Assembly (NCBI GenBank): GCA_965205215.1
Contig: OZ242041.1
Location: 1,152,001 to 1,216,000, forward strand
Length of the DNA: 64,000 nt
DNA from: Nitrosopumilus sp.
GTDB lineage: Archaea; Thermoproteota; Nitrososphaeria; Nitrososphaerales; Nitrosopumilaceae
Direction of reading: 5' to 3'
The stretch's first letter is position 1. Each line of letters starts with the position of its first letter. Both the position numbers and the translations under genes were made by a program. Positions 1-10,782 of the stretch are shown piece after piece. The notes beneath the pieces are model-generated. The model did not search any database. It was not told the DNA's origin and saw nothing but the letters and a program-made list of their open reading frames with translations.

Positions 1-56
1 CCTGAAGGGGCCCGATGTCATGCTTAAATTGGGTCTGGCAAGAATGCGCAAATACT

Positions 57-130
57 GGGATCGTGGTCTAGCTTGGTATGATTCTGCGTTTGGGACGCAG
101 GGGTCGCAGGTTCAAATCCTGCCGGTCCCA
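57..130 (+). tRNA. tRNA-Pro(TGG)
   Basis: Acceptor stem GGGATCG/CGGTCCC+A, anticodon arm CTGCG-TTTGGGA-CGCAG, T-loop GGTTCAAATCC; no encoded CCA; TATA-like CTTAAA at ~23-28. Confidence 0.95.
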
Positions 131-374
131 TTTTGCCATACATTACATTGCCGCTGCCATACGCCGCCGCTGCCCTTGCCATACGCCGCAGCTTTCGCGC
201 CGCGCCGCTGCGTATGGGGAGCCGGCCTCCCCCCCAGCGCATCCATACTTTTATCACATGTAAGAACGCCACTAGCCGCGCCGGGCAATGAGGACGAGTT
301 AGAGTATTGACAGATGAGATGACTCAATTGCCGAGCTCGGCATCATTTTTACAAGCGCAGGTTCGGCACACGGC

Positions 375-638
375 ATGGAGTTTGGCAGGCGCGACATCCT
401 ACTAGTGGCCGGGCTGGTGCTGTTTATGATAGGGCTGATTCCGTTCATGGCGCCCGTGTACGCGGCTGTCATAGTCATAGCAATGTACTTTGGCATCAAG
501 GTGTTCGTTGCAAGGCGCAACCAGGCCGTCCGCGACGACCTGGGCCCGGAGGGCATATGCATGGAATGCGGCGGGAGCATATCGGGCGGGAGGTGTCCTG
601 ACTGCGACGCCGCCGGTGCGGAACGGCCTGCTGCATGA
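375..638 (+). CDS. Small membrane protein with C-terminal zinc ribbon
   Basis: Two hydrophobic helices followed by CMEC...CPDC. Confidence 0.75.
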   Translation: MEFGRRDILLVAGLVLFMIGLIPFMAPVYAAVIVIAMYFGIKVFVARRNQAVRDDLGPEGICMECGGSISGGRCPDCDAAGAERPAA

Positions 639-817
639 CGGCGCCTCGGCGGCGCCCGTGACTCGCCGTTGCATGGCCGGGGACGTCGGGCTTGCGCGTG
701 AAGAACATCTTTTTGGCCTGAGGGTTGGGCACGTCTGGCCAAGTACATACTATTTAACAACTAGCTCAAATTCGACCAAGTCCAACTATAAAAGCAAAGT
801 GCGCTACAACCATACGT

Positions 818-3800
818 ATGACATTAAATACGCAGGCCGCGCAGACGTGCGGCTCGCGCAGCAGGCGGGGCTGCCGCGCCAAGACGAGCGGGAGCGGCGC
901 GAGGATCCTGCTGCCTGCCCCAAGCGTGATTATGATTATGGCAGTGGCGGCAACGGTGGCCCTGGCAGCAACGGCCGTAGCGGCCCTGACATACGACGCG
1001 CAGGAGCCGCACGAGGCCATCCGGGAGACCTTGGACGTGAGCCGCGCCGCGTACGCGCAGGGCGTCGCGGGCGTCGCCGGGCACGTGGTGATAAACGAGA
1101 TAGACACAAACCCGCCCGGCAGCGACACGGCAAACGTCGCAGAGTGGGTGGAGCTGTACAACCCCACGTCCGAAGCAGTCGAGATAGGCGGATGGCAGAT
1201 ATCCTCCACCACGGGACTCAGGAAGGCCATGACAATACCGGAGGGGACCAGCATAAAGCCGGGCCAGTACCTGACGTACACGTACGAGCGAATATGGTTT
1301 GCAGACGTGGGCGAGACGGCGGAGCTGCGCGACGGCGACGGCACCGTAATACACAGCACTCCGAGAATTTCCGATACGGCAGACGACTCAAAGTCGTGGC
1401 AGCTCCTATACGACGGGTACTCGTCTGGCGACAGCGCCCTGGACTGGAGGCTCCACACGTCGACGCCGGGGTCCTCAAACGGCAAGATTCCGCAGGCGGG
1501 ATCCGCGGAGCAGCTTACAATCACGCTGTCCACGGACCGCGAGTCGTACAGCTTTGGCCAGACTGCCACCATAAACGGCGCCGTCTCGGAGAGGAGGTAC
1601 ATCGAAAAGCCGTTCTTCACGACAGAGTCGGTCACGCTTGAGATAAGCGGGCCCGGTTACAGCGAGACGGTCACGATGTACCCCGATGCGAACCTCGAGT
1701 TCTCGACCCTGCTCATACTGCAGCAGGTGCGCGGGATCCAGGGCGGCACGTACGAGTTGTCGGCCCAGTATTCCGGAGCGTCCGCGTCGGCCTCCTTTGA
1801 GGTGGGGTACGAGGAGGTGGAAGGCGCGGCGCCCCTAGACGACAGCATTACGATAACTGTAGACAGCACGACGTACACCCCCGGGCAGGAGGTCGTCGTG
1901 TCCGGCACCGTCAAGAGGGCCGTCCAGTTCGCCACGTTTGACGTTACGGTCGTGGGCCCCGACGGCAGTATAATATCGACCGGAAGCCTCGGCCCCGTAA
2001 ACGGCAGGGTCGGGACGTCCTTTTTGCTCAGCGCGGTGAACCCCGCGTACGGCACGCACACCATACACGCCTCGTACGCCGGCAAGAGCGCCACCGCCTC
2101 ATTTGAGGTCGTCGCCGAGCAGCGGGTGTCTGAGCGCATAACGCTGACATCCGACAGTCCCGCATACGAGCCGGGCCAGTCGGCAGTGATAAGCGGCAAG
2201 ATCAACAACGTCTGGGCCGCCGCGCTAGACCTGAAGATCGTGCAGACGCGGCAGGGCTCCGTGCCCGACAGCAGCACGGGCAGCCACACCGGATTCAAGA
2301 GGGGGGAGCTGCTGCACGTGGCAGGCGACGGCTCCTTCGAGTACACGTTCCACATACCAAACAGCACGCAGAGGCTCGGGGACTACTGGGTTACGGTTGC
2401 AGGCGGCGGCGGGACGGCGGGAATAGTGATATCGGTAGTCGAGGACGCCGACTCGTTCGTGGCAGTCAGCGGCCCGCTCACCATCACGACGGGCAGCCCC
2501 GTATACGAGCTCAACGAGCCCATAGTGTTCACGGGATACGCCACGGACGCATACACGGGAACCACCACCGAGTACGCCACCACGTCAGTCAGGATACACA
2601 TAACGGACTCCGACGGGTCGCCGCTGCGCAGCCAGCTGGAGGGAGACGACGTAAGGAGGGGCTTTGGAGGCGGCATGGAATCCACCATATACGAGGCAAT
2701 CGCGGTGCCAGAAGAGTCCGGCAGGTACACCGCGACCATAAACGCGCTGCCGAGCATCTTTGGGGCAGGAAACTACACGGCGGTCGCGACATACAAGGGA
2801 CTCACGGCCACGACGGAGTTCTCCATCTCCGACCAGTACGACATATCGGAGCCGGAGATCACGACGGACAAGGAGGTGTACGGGCTGGGCGAGACCGTGA
2901 CCGTCAACGGGGCCCTGCCGGGAAGCGGCACAAAGCACGTGTCAATCACGCTTACAAAACCCGACGGCTCGACCATACACAGCAGCGCGCCGGTAGTGGG
3001 GCAGCACTTTTCATGGGAGTGGGACGCGCCAAAGGCCGAAAGGAAGCACACGCTCAAGGAGGGCGAGCTGCGCGGCAGCAAGATGACCGTGTTTGGCGCG
3101 TACACGATAAAGATCTCGACCAGCTCGCACAACGACATAGTGTACTTCAAGGTCTCAGAGGACCCCCTCAACGACTCGCTTGCAAAGGAGCCGCTGATCG
3201 TCACCACCTCAAAGGCGCTCTACAAGCCCGGCGACGACCTGGAGGTCTCCGGCATAGTGACGCTGTACGAGCACGGCGGGGATGGCCTCAGGGCGCCGCT
3301 CAGGGTCGCCATAACGGTGAGCCAGGACTCGTTCCCATATACGAAGATCTACGAGGCGTGGGTCTATCCGGACAACGGCGGCGAGTTCTCAAGCGAGTTT
3401 GACCTGCCCCTGGGCGTGTTCAAGGAGGGATCCTACAAGGTCTCGGCCCTGTACGGGCCCGCCAAGACAAGCGTGCTGTTCCGCATGGCAAACGACTACG
3501 TGGTGAGCTCAAGCGATCCCCTCTCCATGAGCGTCTCGACTGACGCCGAGACGTACCATCCCGGCCAGACGGTTACGATATCGGGCGGGCCCAACAAGAT
3601 CATATACGTGGAGGACTACAGGGTCAGCGTGTACAAGACGACGGGCCAGGAGATAGACTGCGGCACGGCGGCCTGCGGCGACCACAGGGGCCCCGTAACA
3701 AAGATCAAGCCCGGCCCCACCGCCTCGTTCGTGCACCACTTTACGATACCGGAGGGCAGCGGCGCGGTAGGCACCTACGAGGTGACGGCCCAGTCGACAA

Positions 3801-4336
3801 ACTGGCTTGAGCGCATAACGTTTGAGGTCGTTGAGGAGCCGCAGCAGCAGCCGCCGCCTCAGGAGGAGGAGACGTCCCCGCCCGTCCCGGAGGTCGTGAT
3901 TACAAAGCACAACAGGCTTCCGGGCTCGGAGTTCGTGATAGACGCGCGAGCAACCGACTCGCTGGTGTTCGGGGACGTGACGCTCGGCGCCAGGCCCGTG
4001 TCCGTGTCCGGCTCCATGATCACGACTGCAGGAGAGGAGCAGTCGGTGAACCTGCAGGTGCTCTCAGAAGACGGGGCCTGCCTGATAGGCCCCTCCGAGT
4101 CCTGCATGATAAGCGGCTCGACTGAGTCCCAGGGCGGGGCGTACGCGACAGTCCAGCTCGAGGACGGGACTCCCCTGAGGGTGGTGTACGGAGGGCCCGA
4201 CAAGAGGCTCGAATACTTTGCCATACATACCGGGGCCGGGGAGGACTATCTGCCTGACATGACGTGGACCGTAAACGTACTCAAGGACGACCAGGTGTCC
4301 AGGTTCTACTACAAGGTCGCGTACAAGGTAGACTGA
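818..4336 (+). CDS. Large secreted/surface protein: lamin-tail-like domain plus repeated Ig-like (MG2-like) domains
   Basis: Hydrophobic signal region; VVINEIDTNPPG..EWVELYNPT..GGWQI (LTD); recurring TD/TS..Y.PG..V motifs; start may be downstream (~930). Confidence 0.8.
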   Translation: MTLNTQAAQTCGSRSRRGCRAKTSGSGARILLPAPSVIMIMAVAATVALAATAVAALTYDAQEPHEAIRETLDVSRAAYAQGVAGVAGHVVINEIDTNPPGSDTANVAEWVELYNPTSEAVEIGGWQISSTTGLRKAMTIPEGTSIKPGQYLTYTYERIWFADVGETAELRDGDGTVIHSTPRISDTADDSKSWQLLYDGYSSGDSALDWRLHTSTPGSSNGKIPQAGSAEQLTITLSTDRESYSFGQTATINGAVSERRYIEKPFFTTESVTLEISGPGYSETVTMYPDANLEFSTLLILQQVRGIQGGTYELSAQYSGASASASFEVGYEEVEGAAPLDDSITITVDSTTYTPGQEVVVSGTVKRAVQFATFDVTVVGPDGSIISTGSLGPVNGRVGTSFLLSAVNPAYGTHTIHASYAGKSATASFEVVAEQRVSERITLTSDSPAYEPGQSAVISGKINNVWAAALDLKIVQTRQGSVPDSSTGSHTGFKRGELLHVAGDGSFEYTFHIPNSTQRLGDYWVTVAGGGGTAGIVISVVEDADSFVAVSGPLTITTGSPVYELNEPIVFTGYATDAYTGTTTEYATTSVRIHITDSDGSPLRSQLEGDDVRRGFGGGMESTIYEAIAVPEESGRYTATINALPSIFGAGNYTAVATYKGLTATTEFSISDQYDISEPEITTDKEVYGLGETVTVNGALPGSGTKHVSITLTKPDGSTIHSSAPVVGQHFSWEWDAPKAERKHTLKEGELRGSKMTVFGAYTIKISTSSHNDIVYFKVSEDPLNDSLAKEPLIVTTSKALYKPGDDLEVSGIVTLYEHGGDGLRAPLRVAITVSQDSFPYTKIYEAWVYPDNGGEFSSEFDLPLGVFKEGSYKVSALYGPAKTSVLFRMANDYVVSSSDPLSMSVSTDAETYHPGQTVTISGGPNKIIYVEDYRVSVYKTTGQEIDCGTAACGDHRGPVTKIKPGPTASFVHHFTIPEGSGAVGTYEVTAQSTNWLERITFEVVEEPQQQPPPQEEETSPPVPEVVITKHNRLPGSEFVIDARATDSLVFGDVTLGARPVSVSGSMITTAGEEQSVNLQVLSEDGACLIGPSESCMISGSTESQGGAYATVQLEDGTPLRVVYGGPDKRLEYFAIHTGAGEDYLPDMTWTVNVLKDDQVSRFYYKVAYKVD

Positions 4337-4469
4337 CCGTGACAGCGGCAGCGGCGGCGACATAGGAGCGACTGCCAGCACCCCCGGCGAATCCGGACCG
4401 GTGCGGGGCTAAGAGGCCGGACCGTGTCGGTTGGCAAACCCTTTTAGGTCAACCTAGCGGTCGCGGGTC

Positions 4470-5651
4470 ATGGGAAACTCTGGCGTGCTTGCCGGCGGCG
4501 TGGTGGGCGCCATAATCGCGGCCTCCGTAATGTTCGTGTTTGTAGTGGGGCCCATGTGGAACGCGGACGGCGGCGACCCGACTGAACCGGCGCCCTTTGT
4601 TACCAACGGCCACGGCGGCGACCTGCAGGTGCTCTCCGAGCATGCCGCCCCGGGCGCAAAGGCGCCTGAATCCTCTCGCGATCTCACGCTCGTGCAGATA
4701 TTTGAAAAGACCGAGCCCGGCGTGGTTCGGATCAACGTGCAGCGCAGCTCGGACGTGGTGGTCAACGACGGCGGCGTCGGTTCGGGATTCGTATACGACA
4801 AGAAGGGGCACATCATGACAAACTCGCACGTGGTGCAGATGGCCGAGAGCATATACGTCACGTTCCTTGACGGCCGCTCATACGTGGCCGAGGTGGTGGG
4901 CGTGGACAAGTTCACCGACATTGCCATACTGCGGGTGGACGTGGATCCCGACCTGCTGCGGCCCCTTGCGTTTGGCGACTCCTCCGGCCTCAGGGTCGGC
5001 GAGCCGATTGCCGCAATCGGGAACCCGTTTGGGCTGTCCGGCTCCATGACGGCTGGAATAGTGAGCCAGGTGGGCAGGCTGCTGCCGTCCGGCTCGGGCT
5101 ACTCGATACCCGACGTGATACAGACCGACGCGGCCATAAACCCGGGCAACTCCGGCGGGCCCCTGCTGAACATGAGGGGCGAGGTCATAGGCATAAACAA
5201 CGCCATACAGTCCACCACGGGCGAGTTTGCGGGGGTCGGGTTCGCGATATCCTCCCAGACCCTGGTAAAGGTCGCCCCCACCCTGATTACAGACGGCTCG
5301 TACGCGCACCCCTGGATCGGGATATCCGGCAGGGACATAGGCCCCGAGACTGCCAGGCTCATGAACCTTGAGGAGACAGTCGGGTTCCTCGTAGTGGACA
5401 TAATCGGCGGCAGCCCCGCCGACGAGGCCGGGCTGATGCCGTCTGAGGATACCGTGGTGATACGCGGCGAGGAGCTGAGGATAGGCGGGGATGTCATACT
5501 TGGAATAGACGGCCAGGACGTCAGGAAGATAGACGACATACTGATACACCTGCAGCGCTCAAAGTCGGTGGGCGACACGCTGGAGCTCGACATCCTGCGC
5601 GACGGCCAGATGATGGAGCTGCAGCTGACGTTGCAGCAGAGGCCGGACTGA
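4470..5651 (+). CDS. htrA: HtrA/DegP-like membrane-anchored serine protease with PDZ domain
   Basis: GSGF, TNSHVV, DIAIL, IQTDAAINPGNSGGPL, C-terminal PDZ. Confidence 0.93.
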   Translation: MGNSGVLAGGVVGAIIAASVMFVFVVGPMWNADGGDPTEPAPFVTNGHGGDLQVLSEHAAPGAKAPESSRDLTLVQIFEKTEPGVVRINVQRSSDVVVNDGGVGSGFVYDKKGHIMTNSHVVQMAESIYVTFLDGRSYVAEVVGVDKFTDIAILRVDVDPDLLRPLAFGDSSGLRVGEPIAAIGNPFGLSGSMTAGIVSQVGRLLPSGSGYSIPDVIQTDAAINPGNSGGPLLNMRGEVIGINNAIQSTTGEFAGVGFAISSQTLVKVAPTLITDGSYAHPWIGISGRDIGPETARLMNLEETVGFLVVDIIGGSPADEAGLMPSEDTVVIRGEELRIGGDVILGIDGQDVRKIDDILIHLQRSKSVGDTLELDILRDGQMMELQLTLQQRPD

Positions 5652-5816
5652 TCTTTTCCTAATTGTCGCCTTTGAGTGTACCATGATGGTTCGCGCAGCA
5701 GGCTGCAAACTCTGCTGCGCCGAGGCCGTCGGCCCGTCAATCCTATCGATGCCCGGAACGGTCCGGCCGCGCCATTCCCGTACAAGCATAAATACCTCAT
5801 GACTCGAGTCGAACTG

Positions 5817-7076
5817 TTGAGCAAGCTCGTACCCGGTTCCGAATGCCTCAACGGCGTCCTGGAGGGCGGCAGGGCGGCAGGAGTCACTGAAATGACAGAT
5901 ATCGTGAGCGATGCTGCTGCCGCCTGCTCGGAGTACCGCGGCGCCCGTGACTCGTCCCTCCGTCCTGCAAGCCGCGATCACGATAATGGCGATCCGCGCG
6001 AACTGTTCGCGGCCGCGCGGATACTCCAGTCACGGCACAAGTCCCGTACCGTGACGTTCTCAAAAAAGGCGTTCATCAACGTGATAAACCTGTGCCGCGA
6101 CATCTGCTCCTACTGCACGTACAAGGCCGAGCCGGGGCAGCCAAAGTCCGTGATGATGTCCAGACAGCAGATCGACCTCTCGCTGCAGATGGCAAGGAAG
6201 TACGGGTGCATAGAGGCGCTGCTTGTCACGGGCGAGCGCCCCGAGGAGCGGTACGAGGAGGCCCGCCGGTGGCTCGGCGAGAACGGGTTCGAGTCGACGG
6301 CAGACTGCCTTGCATACGCGTCTAGGAAGGCCCTTGAGCTGGGCCTGTTCCCGCACACCAATGCCGGCAACCTCACGCGGCCCGAGATGGCGGAGCTGCA
6401 GGAAACCAACGTCTCGATGGGCGTGATGCTGGAGACCTCGAGCGGCCGCCTCGCGTCGGAGCCCGGGGGGGCACACTACCTGGCCCCGAGCAAGCGCCCT
6501 GAGGCCAGGATCGCCGTGCTGGAGGACGCAGGCCGGCTCCGCATCCCCATGACCACTGGAATACTGCTCGGGATAGGCGAGACCGTACGCGAGGCCGTCG
6601 AGTCGCTTGGCGTCATACGCGACATACACAGGCGGTACGGGCACATCCAGGAGGTGATAATACAGAACTTTTGGCCAAAGCCGGACACTGCCATGCGCCG
6701 CGCCCCCCCTGCCGACAGGGCCTACTTTATGGCCGTCGTGGCGGCCTGCCGGGTGATGATGCCTGACATGAACATCCAGATTCCCCCGAACCTGTCGCCT
6801 GGCACGTACGGGGAGTTTCTGTCTGTCGGGATAAACGACTGGGGGGGAGTCTCCCCGCTCACCCCGGACTATGTAAACCCGGAGTTTCCGTGGCCCGCGA
6901 TACGGCGCTTGAAGCGGGACACGGAGGCGGCAGGGTACAGGCTCGAGTGCAGGTTCCCGGTGTACCCGGAGTTTGCGCACATGGTGCCCGGACACCTCCG
7001 CGACATGATGTCGCGCGTAGCGCAGGCGGGCGGCGACGGCGGGGCGATGCTTGTAAAAAGGGAACTCTGGGAGTGA
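5817..7076 (+). CDS. cofG: FO synthase subunit CofG (F420 biosynthesis, radical SAM)
   Basis: CRDICSYC motif, PHTNAG, MTTGILLGIGE, IQIPPNL, GINDWGGVSP; TTG start chosen ~25 nt after CATAAATA (ORF open from 5676). Confidence 0.9.
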   Translation: MSKLVPGSECLNGVLEGGRAAGVTEMTDIVSDAAAACSEYRGARDSSLRPASRDHDNGDPRELFAAARILQSRHKSRTVTFSKKAFINVINLCRDICSYCTYKAEPGQPKSVMMSRQQIDLSLQMARKYGCIEALLVTGERPEERYEEARRWLGENGFESTADCLAYASRKALELGLFPHTNAGNLTRPEMAELQETNVSMGVMLETSSGRLASEPGGAHYLAPSKRPEARIAVLEDAGRLRIPMTTGILLGIGETVREAVESLGVIRDIHRRYGHIQEVIIQNFWPKPDTAMRRAPPADRAYFMAVVAACRVMMPDMNIQIPPNLSPGTYGEFLSVGINDWGGVSPLTPDYVNPEFPWPAIRRLKRDTEAAGYRLECRFPVYPEFAHMVPGHLRDMMSRVAQAGGDGGAMLVKRELWE

Positions 7077-8539
7077 TGGTGACGATGGCGGCGACAACAA
7101 CAACAGCAACAGCGACGACTGCCACCATACCTGACGAGCGCGCGTCTTCCGGCGCGGCCCCGGAGGGCGGCGACGGCGGCGCGTTCTCCCGCCTCGCAAG
7201 GGGGGCGGACCCGGACATCCGCGACATACTTGAGCGGGCGCTTGCCGAGGAGGAGATATCCGAGCGCGACGCCCGGGCGCTGTACGCCGTGCCTGACACC
7301 GACCTGCACCTGGTGGGGATGGCCGCCGACGAGCTTCGCAGGCGCCGCGTGGGCGACGTGGCCTCGTACGTGGTGAACCGCAACATCAACTTTACAAACG
7401 TCTGCATAAAGCAGTGCGGATTCTGCGCGTTTAGCCGCGACTTTAGGGGGGAGAAGGAGGGGTACATGCTGCCCGTCCATGAGATCGTGAGGCGCGCAAG
7501 GGAGGCGCACGAGCTTGGCGCCACCGAGGTATGCATCCAGGCCGGGCTGCCGCCGGACATGGACGGGGGGCTGTACGAGCAGATATGCCGCGAGATAAAG
7601 CGGGAGGTCCCCGGCATACACATACACGGGTTCTCGCCGGAGGAGATCCTGTACGGGGCGACCCGCTCGGGCGTGCCGGTGGAGGAGTTTCTGGCGCGCG
7701 TCAAAGAGGCCGGGGTGGACACGCTGCCGGGAACGTCGGCCGAGATCCTCGACCAGGAGCTGCGCGACTCGATATCGCCGGGGCGCATAACCGTGAGCGA
7801 CTGGGAGCGCGTGATACGCGGCGCCCACGCGGCGGGCCTCCGGACCACGTCCACCATGATGTTCGGGCACGTCGAGACGATGCGGCAGAGGGTCGCCCAC
7901 ATGGCCCGCATACGGGACATCCAGAGGGAGACCGGCGGGTTCACCGAGTTTGTGCCGCTGAACTTTGTGCACACGGAGGCGCCCATGTACATACGCGGCA
8001 CGCATGACAACATACGCAAGGGGGGCAGCGGGCGCGACGTGCTGCTGACGCACGCCATTGCAAGGATAATGCTCAACAACTACATAGACAACATACAGAT
8101 GTCCTGGGTAAAGGAGGGCCCCGGGATGTCCCAGATTCTGCTCAGGTGGGGCGCAAACGACTTTGGGGGCACGCTGATAAACGAGAGCATATCGACCTCT
8201 GCCGGCTCCGCGTACGGGCAGCTTCTCAGGCCCCGCGAGATACGCCGCATGATCAGGGAGGCCGGGCGCGTCCCGGTCGAGCGCGACACGAGGTACAACG
8301 TACTGCGCAGGTTTGCGCCGTCAGACGACGACGATGATGACGACTGCTATGGTGACTTCCACGGCGGCAACGGAAAGGCCGCCGCCGGACTGCGCAGTGG
8401 TAGCGGCCCCGGCCCCGGCAGTGCAAAATCAGACGGGCTTGACTCTGCCGACGTGTCCTCGTTTGGCTCCTATGCGGAGCTGATAACGATCTCAAAGTTC
8501 CGCTATCAGAACCCGCGCGGCAAAAAGCAGTCGGAGTGA
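7076..8539 (+). CDS. cofH: FO synthase subunit CofH
   Basis: YVVNRNINFTNVCIKQCGFCAF, PGTSAEIL, FVPLNF, GANDFGGTLINESI; ATG overlaps cofG stop. Confidence 0.92.
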   Translation: MVTMAATTTTATATTATIPDERASSGAAPEGGDGGAFSRLARGADPDIRDILERALAEEEISERDARALYAVPDTDLHLVGMAADELRRRRVGDVASYVVNRNINFTNVCIKQCGFCAFSRDFRGEKEGYMLPVHEIVRRAREAHELGATEVCIQAGLPPDMDGGLYEQICREIKREVPGIHIHGFSPEEILYGATRSGVPVEEFLARVKEAGVDTLPGTSAEILDQELRDSISPGRITVSDWERVIRGAHAAGLRTTSTMMFGHVETMRQRVAHMARIRDIQRETGGFTEFVPLNFVHTEAPMYIRGTHDNIRKGGSGRDVLLTHAIARIMLNNYIDNIQMSWVKEGPGMSQILLRWGANDFGGTLINESISTSAGSAYGQLLRPREIRRMIREAGRVPVERDTRYNVLRRFAPSDDDDDDDCYGDFHGGNGKAAAGLRSGSGPGPGSAKSDGLDSADVSSFGSYAELITISKFRYQNPRGKKQSE

Positions 8540-10203
8540 GGCGCCCGTCCTTGCCCTCCGGTCAGTCCGCCGCATCGCCGCGTCCGCCTGACCCGCCGGC
8601 GGATCCCGAGCGCCTGCTTGGCACGGCAGTACGGCTTGGCGCCGACGAGTGCGAGGTCGTGCGCGCGGCCCGTCGCGTCACCACCATTCGGATCACGGAT
8701 TCCGCCGTGTCGGAGGCAAAGCAGATCTCAGACGATCAGTACGGCATACGGCTGGTGGCGCGAGGGCGCATTGCGTCGGCCTCGGTCCCCGCCGGCCACG
8801 GCCGGTTCTCTGAGGTTGTCGGGCGCATGATGCACGCGTCCGGAAGCATCCAGCGGCCCTGCAGGTTCTGGCGTGGGCTTGCAGAACCCGCATCGCGCGG
8901 GCGGCCGGGCGAGCTGCGCGGCACGTACGACGCGCGCCTTGACCGCATGACCTGTGGGGAGGCCGAGGATCTGGCAGAGCGCATGATTGTGGCCGCCTCG
9001 AACAAAAAAGTCGGGGCAATTACGGGCTCGCTCCACGTCGTATGCGAGACGTTCGAGGTGTCAAACACCCGCGGCCTGCACGATGTCGAGACGTCCACGT
9101 ACGTGGCGGGACTTGTAAATGCCGAGTCGGCCCTGCGCGCGGGCGGCGCGTCTGCGTCTGGCGCAGCGGCGCAGCAGCAGTCGCAGCAACAGCAGCCGCC
9201 GCCATACCCGACCGTCTCTGGAATCGGATACGGCAGCGCCAGGACGCTTGACGGCTTTGATCCGGAACGGGCCGGGGCCGACGCCCGCGAGATGTGTCTC
9301 CGCTCGGAAAATCCTGTCTCTGTAGACGGCGGCACGTACACGGTCGTATTCGAACCGTACTCGGTCGGCGAACTGCTGGCCTTTGTCGTGGCCCCGAACT
9401 TTGAGCTCAAGCGTGTCCTGGACGGACGCAGCTGCTTTTCGGGCAGCGCGGGCCGCCCCGTAGCATCCGAGATGCTCACCATACGAGATGATCCCCACGC
9501 GCCGGACGCCATCGGCTCGCATCGCATAGACGCGGAAGGCATGCCGACTGCAGGCCGCCCGCTTGTAGAACGCGGGGTGTTTGAGGAGACGTACTCTGAC
9601 CTCTTTGACTATTACAGGGCCGTTTATGATAACGATGACAATGATGACGACAGCGACACCAATCACGGTGGCGCCAACGGTAGCGCCGCGCCCGACGACC
9701 ATGATGCCGCAGATGAATCCTCTGCAGGTATATCTGGGTCTGACCCTGCGGCACGCGGCCCCGTCGGAGAAGATCGTGTATTGGCAGCTGCCAGGCCTGG
9801 AAACGCGACGCGCATGGCGGTCCCACTGGGCCGCGGCGCCGACCCGATACCGGTGTCCGCCCCGCACAACATGTCCGTATCCTCAGATGTGGAGCTGATC
9901 CCCCCTGATGAGATGATTCAGGATGTAAAAAGAGGGCTGCTGGTAGGCCGCCTCTGGTATACGTACGCGGTAAACCCGATAAGCGGTGACTTTTCGTGCA
10001 CGGCGCGCAGCGGGATCTTTCTCATAAGGGACGGGCGAATCGTATCCCCTGCAAGGCCTGTCCGCATCATGCACAGTCTTCCTGCACTGCTCTGCGATAT
10101 ATCTGGCATCGGCAACGACGCGCGCAACGTCGTGCAGTGGGCGTCACTGTCATCAGTCGCGCCGTCCCTGCGTGTCGAGAACGTCCCCGTGATTCGCATA
10201 TGA
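8536..10203 (+). CDS. TldD/PmbA family protein (PmbA/TldE-like)
   Basis: DDPHAPDAIGS..DAEG, NPISGDFS, LIRDGRIVSP; carries Gln-rich and Asp-rich insertions. Confidence 0.85.
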   Translation: MRRPSLPSGQSAASPRPPDPPADPERLLGTAVRLGADECEVVRAARRVTTIRITDSAVSEAKQISDDQYGIRLVARGRIASASVPAGHGRFSEVVGRMMHASGSIQRPCRFWRGLAEPASRGRPGELRGTYDARLDRMTCGEAEDLAERMIVAASNKKVGAITGSLHVVCETFEVSNTRGLHDVETSTYVAGLVNAESALRAGGASASGAAAQQQSQQQQPPPYPTVSGIGYGSARTLDGFDPERAGADAREMCLRSENPVSVDGGTYTVVFEPYSVGELLAFVVAPNFELKRVLDGRSCFSGSAGRPVASEMLTIRDDPHAPDAIGSHRIDAEGMPTAGRPLVERGVFEETYSDLFDYYRAVYDNDDNDDDSDTNHGGANGSAAPDDHDAADESSAGISGSDPAARGPVGEDRVLAAARPGNATRMAVPLGRGADPIPVSAPHNMSVSSDVELIPPDEMIQDVKRGLLVGRLWYTYAVNPISGDFSCTARSGIFLIRDGRIVSPARPVRIMHSLPALLCDISGIGNDARNVVQWASLSSVAPSLRVENVPVIRI

Positions 10204-10396
10204 TGCGCGTCAGGCGGCCGAACTGACTACGGGCGACTGCTGACAAAGCCAGAATTGTCCCCAGACCGTACAGACTCTGATGAACCTGCCGACCTTCTAA
10301 AGTCCCAGCACGGCGTTTGCCAATACTCACGATGTTCTAGACACGTTCAGAAAGTCAACATACGCGCTACAATCCGTAGAAGACACATGCGTACAA

Positions 10397-10573
10397 TTAG
10401 CGATGATGAGTTCTGGCATTCGACATAAGCGGGGCTTGCTCATCTGCCTCTTTTACTGCCCTTACGCAGAAGCTTATGCCGTGACTCTTGCTTGCAAATC
10501 TGCCACGCTTTACTTCAGACTCGATCCACTTTAGCAAGTCTATGTCGATTGAGACGGCCGTCTTTGTCTTCAA
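10397..10573 (-). CDS. Ribbon-helix-helix (CopG/ParD-like) DNA-binding protein
   Basis: TTG start; KTKTAVSIDIDLLKWIESEVKRGRFASKSHGI fits the RHH strand-helix-helix pattern. Confidence 0.75.
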   Translation of the reverse strand: MKTKTAVSIDIDLLKWIESEVKRGRFASKSHGISFCVRAVKEADEQAPLMSNARTHHR

Positions 10574-10579
10574 TAGATT

Positions 10580-10626
10580 GGTATGACAGAGTATAACTGT
10601 TAAATTGGGTATAACTTTGTTATACC
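10580..10626. promoter_or_regulatory. Putative RHH operator around a TATA-like box
   Basis: Perfect inverted repeat GGTATAAC-TTT-GTTATACC (10608-10626), extra half-sites GGTATGAC (10580) and AGTATAAC (10590), flanking TTAAATT. Confidence 0.6.
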
Positions 10627-10782
10627 ATAGTGAGACGATGGTAGTATCTCGCATATGGCAGTACAACCTACACAGGATCCGCTTAGGGTCTTGCGATACA
10701 GGCCTGTCTTGTAGGCACGCCTGCAGGGGGATAGAACGTCCTCTGCTAGAAGTTACTGATATTGCTCAACCAAGTGACGTCT

